A program made the position numbers and the translations under genes. The notes under the pieces were generated by a model. It searched no databases. It was not told where the DNA came from and worked only from the letters and a program-made list of their open reading frames with translations. A stretch of 63,047 nt of DNA, the filler included, from Collodictyon triciliatum (taxonomy: Eukaryota), in NCBI GenBank assembly GCA_043381765.1. It is 7 parts of 7 records of this genome, joined end to end, with 100 filler letters (N's around TTAATTAATTAA, not from the genome) between each part and the next. Parts side by side here need not be neighbours in the genome. Positions count along the whole stretch, not along the records: positions 51,078 to 61,171 come from JBHJMP010002795.1; positions 61,272 to 63,047 come from JBHJMP010002872.1; 5 more parts are not named here. One strand, written 5' to 3'. Shown here piece by piece: positions 55,201 to 63,047 of the stretch. Every line of letters begins with the position of its first letter. Position 1 is the stretch's first letter.

Positions 55201-58200
55201 CCGCACAAATTCTAGATCTAAGCAACCAGGTCATGGCTCTGGAACGCAAACTGGCAGATGCAAATGCCAAATTAATACTTAACCAGCAGAATTCAAAATC
55301 AGATGCACCCAAAGACCAAAACACTTCCGACGAACAAGCATCAACTGACCAACCGTCCCACCCGAGCCAAGTTGGAATGTCGATGCAAATTTCTGAATTA
55401 AGTGGACAGGTAGAACATATGGAAGCTGGTCGCCTAGTGAAAGATAGTATCATGGAGACTAATGAACTAAAAAAGACCAAAAGTTCTCAAAACATGGATA
55501 CCTCCTCTGCATACAATGTAAGACAAACAAATGCTCCTAAAAAAATTCCGTTGTATGAAAAGGATAATTAATGTGTGATTATTGTCGTCGGAAATTTGGA
55601 TTTTTCTGTGTAGATTTCACATAACTGGATATATTTCGCTAGGAAACGAATGTATCAATAGAACAAATATCTCAAACGGTTATAATTCAACAACAGAACC
55701 TTTCTGAAAAAGGTAGAATTCTGCGATTATGCTAATACTCACACGTTTTGCCTAGTCCCTATTCGAATAGCAGAAACCTGCATATTACTTACAAAACCAC
55801 ACCAATTGTTCTGTTTAGTAAGAGAATTAGATGAATTAAAGCAATCAATCGATAAATTGAAGAAGGAGCTAGCCATGGTGAATATTATTTTTATATCAAT
55901 TATACAGCTTTTTGAATGGATTGTGACATGTATTCGAAAAAAAAAACTCAAAAGGAAAAGCAGACTGTTTCTACCCTTCAAAGCAAGATTGAGGCCCAAA
56001 ACCGATCTAATCAGGTTCAACGAAGCATATTTTTCTTTTCCTCGTAGGAAATCTATGTGTTCCTTTTTTTTTTTTTAAGCAGCTCTAGTTTCAACTAAAG
56101 CTACATTAATATACGCAGGAATCTACATCGATGAATCAACAACTAAGAGAAGAGACAGAATCTAAACGAGCTGAAATCGAGCAAATAAAAGGTTTTGCAG
56201 AATGTTTTTTTTTATACATCTAATATCGACCCTTTAATATTCGAGAATAATCACACAAATGGAACCTATGATCAAAGTCATCATTTTTTTTGTCGAAAAA
56301 CATACACACACGCAGCCGAAAAAGAAGAATTACTTAGGCAAGTAGACACATTGAGCAACAAAATTCAAGTCACCAATAACTTCTTACATATTGGAGAGCC
56401 TCTTCCCTGCATGGGTAGTTTCATTTCCACCATATCGATCGAATCTCCAGGTATGGTCAAACCTCCAAGCAATTCATATACCAACCTATGCATGGTAGAT
56501 GATATCCTTCATATATATTAACTTTCATCACGTCTTCTATAATAAAAAGATACTATTTTGAAAATAATTAAATCACGAAAATAAATCAAATGTAGATTTG
56601 AAGGAAAGAATCCGACTGTTGCAGCAAATTAAACAAAAGATCAACATCCAGCAGAATTTGTGCAAGTCAAAAATAGGTTGGCTTCGTCTTGTGTAAAACA
56701 AACAAAACAAACAAAACAAACAAAACAAACAAAACAAACAAAACAAACAAAACAAACAAAACAAACAAAACAAACAAAAACAGCTCTCATAGCGACTTTC
56801 ATGATATAATTTGAAAATCTTGCAGAATCGATGGCTTCGCAAGTTAAGTCAGAGCAGGATAGAGAATTTACACAAGAAGAAAAAGAATCTCTCAGGCCGC
56901 TTTATGAAAAATATCTAATATCCAATGGCATGGTTAAATGCATCGGAGAGGTTTCAGACACAATATGTTCCCTTGTGAACAATTTTTAATATATTTTAAT
57001 ATCTATGTTTGCTCTTAATTATAGAAAATCGAACCCTTTTCATCATCAATAATGAAATACTATTATCCTTATCATTAGTTGGCAGCGAATCTAAATCAAA
57101 AGAGCGAAGATGGACATTCCTCAGAACAGGTAATTCAGACTACAAAAGAAAAGTTTAATTCAAAAAATCATTCAAGACATATTAAGTACTACATTTATCT
57201 GAACCATCAATAACCGATTCATTAAAGTTCTTTATGCATTTTTAATTTCCCTTCGAAAAAAAAAATTCAAATAGCCACAGGAGGCCCCTACAATAAGTCA
57301 GATGGAGGGTATTTTTCCATACAATTTTGTGCAATCATTTTGTAGTTCTTGCGGTCTTTGCGCATCTCATTTTTTTTTTTTTTTAGAGCTTCAATCCATA
57401 ATCAAGGCAAATGAAGATGAATCAATTGAAAAGGTAATTATGACATTTTCGATGTGCGACCCGAATCTTAATTTCCCTTTGTTTGATTCAAAGTATATGC
57501 GACTTGAATCTTAATAGCTATCTCTGCCATCCTATTCTTTCTAATTATTTTAAAAAAATCATCCACATATTTAATTCAACAATTTTTTTTTCAGGAAAAA
57601 GCAATCGACGAATTAAAGGCTCTTGTTAAAAATATGAAAGATGATAATCAAAGACTTGAGAACGAGCTAGAAAAAAACCGAAGCGAATATCAGACTAAAT
57701 TGGCACAGTTAATATCTGAGCGTTCATCGTACGAGCCATCCACTGAAACAAGTGAAGACACTATTCAAAACTTGAAGGAAGAGGTCGGCAACTTGCGAAA
57801 AAAGCTCGACAAAACTGAACAAGAGTATGCACTATTGATAACTCAAAACAAAACAACAACCATTTTATCTTTCCCCAACGAAGAGGCTGTTGATCCCAAA
57901 GCAGATTCTCTTATTGCACACACGAGTGAACACTTACGTGATATGCCTTCACATGAAGACAAAATCATTACTCCACTAGCTCCTGGTGATGAACATTCCA
58001 ATTTAAGAGTCCTAATATCAGATCTTGAAAGGCAAGTTCGATTACTGACTGAAGAAAACAATTCCTTTAAACTCCACCAAAAAATAGCATCTTCCAGTTC
58101 ATACCACGCTGATGATACAAGCATAGTTCCTGCAGATAGCAGCACGGACACAAAGCCCCACGATATTGCATCGGACAATTCAAATGAATTAAGGCAGCAA

Positions 58201-60977
58201 ATCGAAAAGCTGAAGTTGGAGTTGAAACAAATTAAAGAGAGCAAACCAGAGCAACAGCCCCCTCAACCTCATCAACTCGACATTGAACAGGATAGTAGCC
58301 TCATCAAAGCCAATATCCAGATAGAAGAACTCCGCAAACAGTTGAGCGCTCTTCAACCTCTTGCAGATCAAAAACCAGAACAAATAGTCAGACAAGGCTC
58401 TGGGTCTCTTGGAAATGAAGTACAGTCTTTGAAGGACCAAGTCAAATCGCTCGATGAAAAGCTCAAAATGGAAACCACAAAGAGTTCAGAACTGAGTAAA
58501 ATGCTAACAACACTACAAAGCCAATCATCTGGTTCAATGAAGGAGCTCCCAGTGTCAATAGTGAGATCCGCATCACAGGGCCAGATGTCAGAACTAGAGA
58601 ATCTCCGAGCATTACAAAGGAATACAATGCAAGAACTCAGCAGACTTGAGGTACTTCATCAAACTGAAAGTCAGCAAATAGTAGAGCTTAAAGCACAATT
58701 ACTGGAATTGCAGCAGCAATCAACCAATTATCAACAGACCATCGAACAGCAAAAGAATTTTATATCTGACCTAGAGAAAGCACAGAAAGATTTTTCGGAA
58801 CGAATGTCTTCTGCTGGAGGAAACGGAGAACAGGTCAGAGAGCTGTTAGAGCTTCAATCAACAGTCCAAAGTCTCAAGCGAGAAAATTCTTTATTGAAGG
58901 AAGGAAGCGAAAAAAATGCTGCTCGTTTACAAACAGCAGATGGTCTGGAGTCGAAATTGACAGAAATGCAACTATTGCTCGACCACAAGAGCACAAACAT
59001 ATCTTTACTCGAAGACAAAGTAAAATCAGCGGAAACCACTGAATCCATGCTCCGTTCAGAAATTGAAAACCACAAACTTGCCTTGAAAAACGCTGAGCTA
59101 CAGGAGGAAACACTGAGGATGCAGGTTAAAAAGCTCGAAAATGCCACATTGGAAGGGTTCTCAGGGGATGCAGAATCCCAGGTCATCGTATCACAGTTGG
59201 AGGCACTACGACAAGAAAACGAAAATGCTCGTTCCCAAAACAAACTTCTGCAAAATGAACTCGAATCTGTAAAGTTAGAGCTTTTGAGTCAACAACAAGA
59301 GTCTGAGAAGCTTTTGAATCAGTCTCACAACAGTCAGGCCGAAACACAAGCGCTACAAACCAGCTTGAAAGCTGCTCAAGGATTGAATGAAGAAAATAAC
59401 AGAAAATTGGTAGCCACGCAGAAAGAGAAAGATTTGGCGTACGAAAAAGTCGCACTGATGGAAAATGCACAAAAGTCTCTTGAGAGCAAAGTAGAGGTTT
59501 TATCACTCCAACAAAATTGCTTCAGAAATGGACTAGACGCCACCAGCGAGGAAATTGGCTCTCTTTTGAGTCGCTTTAGGTCGATGAGAATTGAACCTCA
59601 ATTTATGATGGTGCAGTTGCAAAATCTTGGGGGGTTACTCACTGGAATCAAAGCTGAACTAAATTCATTTGTTGGGAGTATCTCAGGTGGAAACCTTGAT
59701 GCAAAATCTGTGTTTCGTCAATCCATTTCGCTGCAGCAACGGCTTTTGGTCCTTGACCAAGAGCTTGACTTTACAAAAACGCAGTTTTTATCTATACAAT
59801 TGAAAAAAGAGGACGTGAAAGCATTAGTGGAAGCTTTTACTGGTGGATTAGACGAGGCTCAGGATGTAATATTGACATTCATTGGCGACCTGTTTGAATT
59901 TCGGTCTGCTTCGATTGGGTCTTCAGAAAAGCAGCCGCGTATTGCAAAGGGAGGCTTATCTAGTCAACTGCTATCAAAATCTACGATTTTCCAAGTCGAT
60001 GAGAAATATATTTATGTGGATTCCAAGCAACTGGCGATAGTGTCTGGACCTATCTCGCAGAAATCCAAGGAGACTATTTCTGTAATTGATTCTCTTTTAT
60101 CAAGTGTGGGAAAGTTAGATAAAGACCTCTCGTCTGCGAGCCTTGATTCCCTCTCATCCACATCTCAATCAAATGCTCTGAATCAACAACTGCAATATCT
60201 ACAATCTCAATTACAGCAGTTGCAAGGAGAGAAGGACGAAGCTAAAGCAGAAGCCAGAAAATTGCAGACAGAATCCGAAAGCCTTCAAAAAGAGGTGAAA
60301 CAGGCAAAGTCCGAGATAGAAAACACATCGCAAAAGCTGTCCACCGAAGCACTAGAAAAAACAAATCTATCTACACAACTGAAAGCAGCCAAAGCAGAAA
60401 TGGAAACTCTGAATGAAAAACTTAATGGCATTCAAGCACAATTGCGGTCTGCAGAATCCACAACGCAGACGCTGGAAAATAAGCTGAGGCAAAGTCAATC
60501 AGAAACTGCGTCTCTGCAGACGCAGCTGCAAAACTCCCATTCACAAAGTGACTCACTGCAAGCACAACTCAAGAACTCACAGACTGAAGTCGCCAAGTTA
60601 CAAGTGACCATCGGCGAGATTCAATCGAAGGCATCTGCATCAGAAGGACAATCGGAGGAATTCCAAAAGATGGTTGAGGAGCGTAAGAAAGAAATTGCTG
60701 ATTTAAAAGTGAAGTTTAAAAAACTTCTGGAAGCATCAAAGACATTAGAAGCAGATAAAAACAAGGGTCTGATTCTCTATTAATTTGAAAACAAAAGAAA
60801 AAGCAAAAAATTAATATTTTCCCTTCTATTTATTACTTTTCAATAACCAACCTAACCAGTACATGCTTCGTTGAGTAAAAAAAAATTAATACTGATCTTC
60901 ATTACTTGATCTGTCTTATGCACCTAGTGATTTCCTCTCAAAATGAAAAGATGGCAGCTCTCAATACACAGATTCAG
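52210..60977 (+). CDS. Very long coiled-coil protein, partial at both ends
   Basis: Many small in-phase exons, plus a ~3.2-kb exon (57596 to ~60766) rich in E/Q/K/L/S heptads. No motor or catalytic motif is visible in the window. Confidence 0.8.
56695..56780. repeat. (AAAACAAAC)n nonamer
   Basis: Direct reading. Confidence 0.93.
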
Positions 60978-61171
60978 GTATGCAAATACTCTGGCACCCT
61001 TACTTTTCATCAATTTTCTTATTTCTTTCATATATGTTGTCTTTCTCTTATTTTTAGATTCTTTTCTCTTTTAAGATTTCATATCCGAATTCTTTTTTTT
61101 TTTTTTTTTTTATTTTTTTTTTTTTTTTTTTTTTTTTGTTAATTGCATTTATCTAATTATTAGGAGCATAA

Positions 61172-61271
61172 NNNNNNNNNNNNNNNNNNNNNNNNNNNNN
61201 NNNNNNNNNNNNNNNTTAATTAATTAANNNNNNNNNNNNNNNNNNNNNNNNNNNNNNNNNNNNNNNNNNNN
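61172..61271. other. Artificial contig linker
   Basis: Same 100-nt linker. Confidence 0.99.
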
Positions 61272-61374
61272 GAAATAAAGAAATAAAGAAATAAAGAAAT
61301 AAAGAAATAAAGAAATAAAGAAATAAAGAAATAAAGAAATAAAGAAATAAAGAAATAAAGAAATAAAGAATAAA
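61272..61374. repeat. (GAAATAAA)n octamer at contig start
   Basis: Direct reading. Confidence 0.94.
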
Positions 61375-63047
61375 GGAACATCCAAGAGAAAGTGTGCTCC
61401 ATAATAGAGAACAAAAAGAGGAAGATGGGGTATGTGTCGTTTAGTTCCGATCAAAACCCACTTTACGAGGAGGAAGCTCGTCCGGCATGACTTTGACGGC
61501 ATCCTTTACGTCGGCAAGTACAAACATCTACTCACAAAATGCGGTTCAGTCAAGGCGCTTTATTTTCTTCCCGATTTCCAAGTTTTATTTTTATCAGCCT
61601 GGTCAGAGCTTTGACACAACGAACCTTCTTGCTCTCTCTTTATTTTCTTGTCTTACACCAGGCACTATACTCTTCAGAGCCGGTCGGGCTTGGAGTTCTG
61701 CAAACTGAAAGAAAACTCTCGCTCTATTTGGGCTGTAAAAGATAGCGCAACGGCATTACTATGGCAAAGAGTAAAAGTAGAAAGCTTATGTTGACGGTTT
61801 GCAGTCCAGATACACAACCAGCAGACAAGTTAAACAGAACGTAAAAGGCACTCTAAGAGCTGGATGCCTTGGTTGCAAGTTAAGAACGAAGGGTGAAGAA
61901 CAGTCAGAATGACAAGACAAATGATGGTGATGGTGATGGTGATGGTGATGATGATGTGTCGAAATAAAGGCATAGTGAACCAACAGATGACATGAAACAT
62001 GCATCTTCTCTGAGGTTCTTTTCTGAAGCAAATTTTTTAGTTATGGTTTTATTTCATGCATAGCACTCGAAAGCTTTTACATGCATGTAATTTAGACGCG
62101 TACACCATATCCACGCACCGCTTAGAACCCACGATTCGCTCTTAAGGCTCGAGGTTTTGCCTTTCGCTGTCGTCAAAAACATCGTTGGTGAGACAACTCT
62201 CTAGGCCGTGCCTCGCCCAGCAAATGCCCTGTCTTGGGTGCCATTTCTTTGTCATATTGAATATGTTTCGTATCTTTTCATCAAGGTCTCTGTGTCTACC
62301 TGTGTGATATTAACCATCATTATTCGTGAAAGCGCCGTATTCGACTGCATATATGTTGCTTTTGGAATTCCTTGCTTCTTGTTTCTTTCCTTGGCTCAAA
62401 ATTAAAAAAAGCCAGCCATGAGTTACGGAGTAGCGTCGTAGCCTATGTAAAGGTGAACAGCTCTCATAATTATAAAACTCCCGACCCAATTGTTATCATT
62501 ATTTGTTAAATGATATGATTTTTCAAACAGTTTGTCGTCTCCGTTTATCATTAATTTTTTTTTTTTAGTGCGGCTTATATGTTACCCTTTCCTTTTTTCA
62601 TCTTCTACATGTGTCCACTCCACTCTATGTATCAAATCAGCAACAAAAAATACAATTTAATTTTCCTTGAGGAGCAAAAGTAGCAGACATTGGTTGCGAG
62701 CGATTATACCACTAAAGTTTTTTTTTTCACCTCCAAATCATACTTTCCATTCTATTTTATCAACTGATGACTTATAGCCTGCAAGATGAATAATCAATAA
62801 TATTACCGAGATAATTATCGAAAGTGTTTGCAATTTTACTTGATATGCGCTTAAAAGATTTCACTTGGAGCTAATTAAAGATTTTACAAAAAATGAAACA
62901 AAAATTTATTAAAGATGCAAAAATATGTGGTGATGTACCAGCGAGATAGTCTCAGGGCGCGATTACATAAGCTTTTGAGAGAAAAGCGAAAGTTTGACAA
63001 AAATAATGTACTATAACAATAGAACACCTATGCACGAGGGGTAAAAT

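Noticed and set aside
61375-63047. Possible minus-strand terminal exon (~62142-62298) and short ORFs in the last contig
   Set aside because: No recognisable motif and no reliable exon chain.

Overview
Eukaryotic, AT-rich and intron-dense DNA from a protist. CFAP20 suggests a flagellated organism, and the LRR-multipass receptor and kinase-cyclase-kinase receptor resemble amoebozoan proteins, but the taxon cannot be fixed from sequence. The window is not one locus. Seven unrelated contigs are joined by identical artificial 100-nt linkers (44 N + TTAATTAATTAA + 44 N), the five complete ones (about 10.1 kb each) sorted by decreasing length, so gene order across linkers is meaningless. By reading through GT-AG introns with the standard code I could reconstruct: a degenerate membrane adenylyl/guanylyl cyclase, a P5B-type ATPase, an organellar-type RNase II/RNB, CFAP20, the end of a PlsC-type acyltransferase, an LRR-only protein, an LRR/Cys-rich multi-TM receptor, a classical tyrosine phosphatase, a PAP2-like pseudo-phosphatase, a kelch/CUB receptor with kinase-cyclase-kinase, a long coiled-coil protein and several hypothetical genes. 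The most notable items are an orphan tRNA-Gly 3' half with a Pol III terminator and no 5' half, and eight consecutive 69-nt phase-1 exons that each encode one variable LRR. Several pseudo-enzymes, relaxed splice-site usage and GC-rich terminal exons also stand out.
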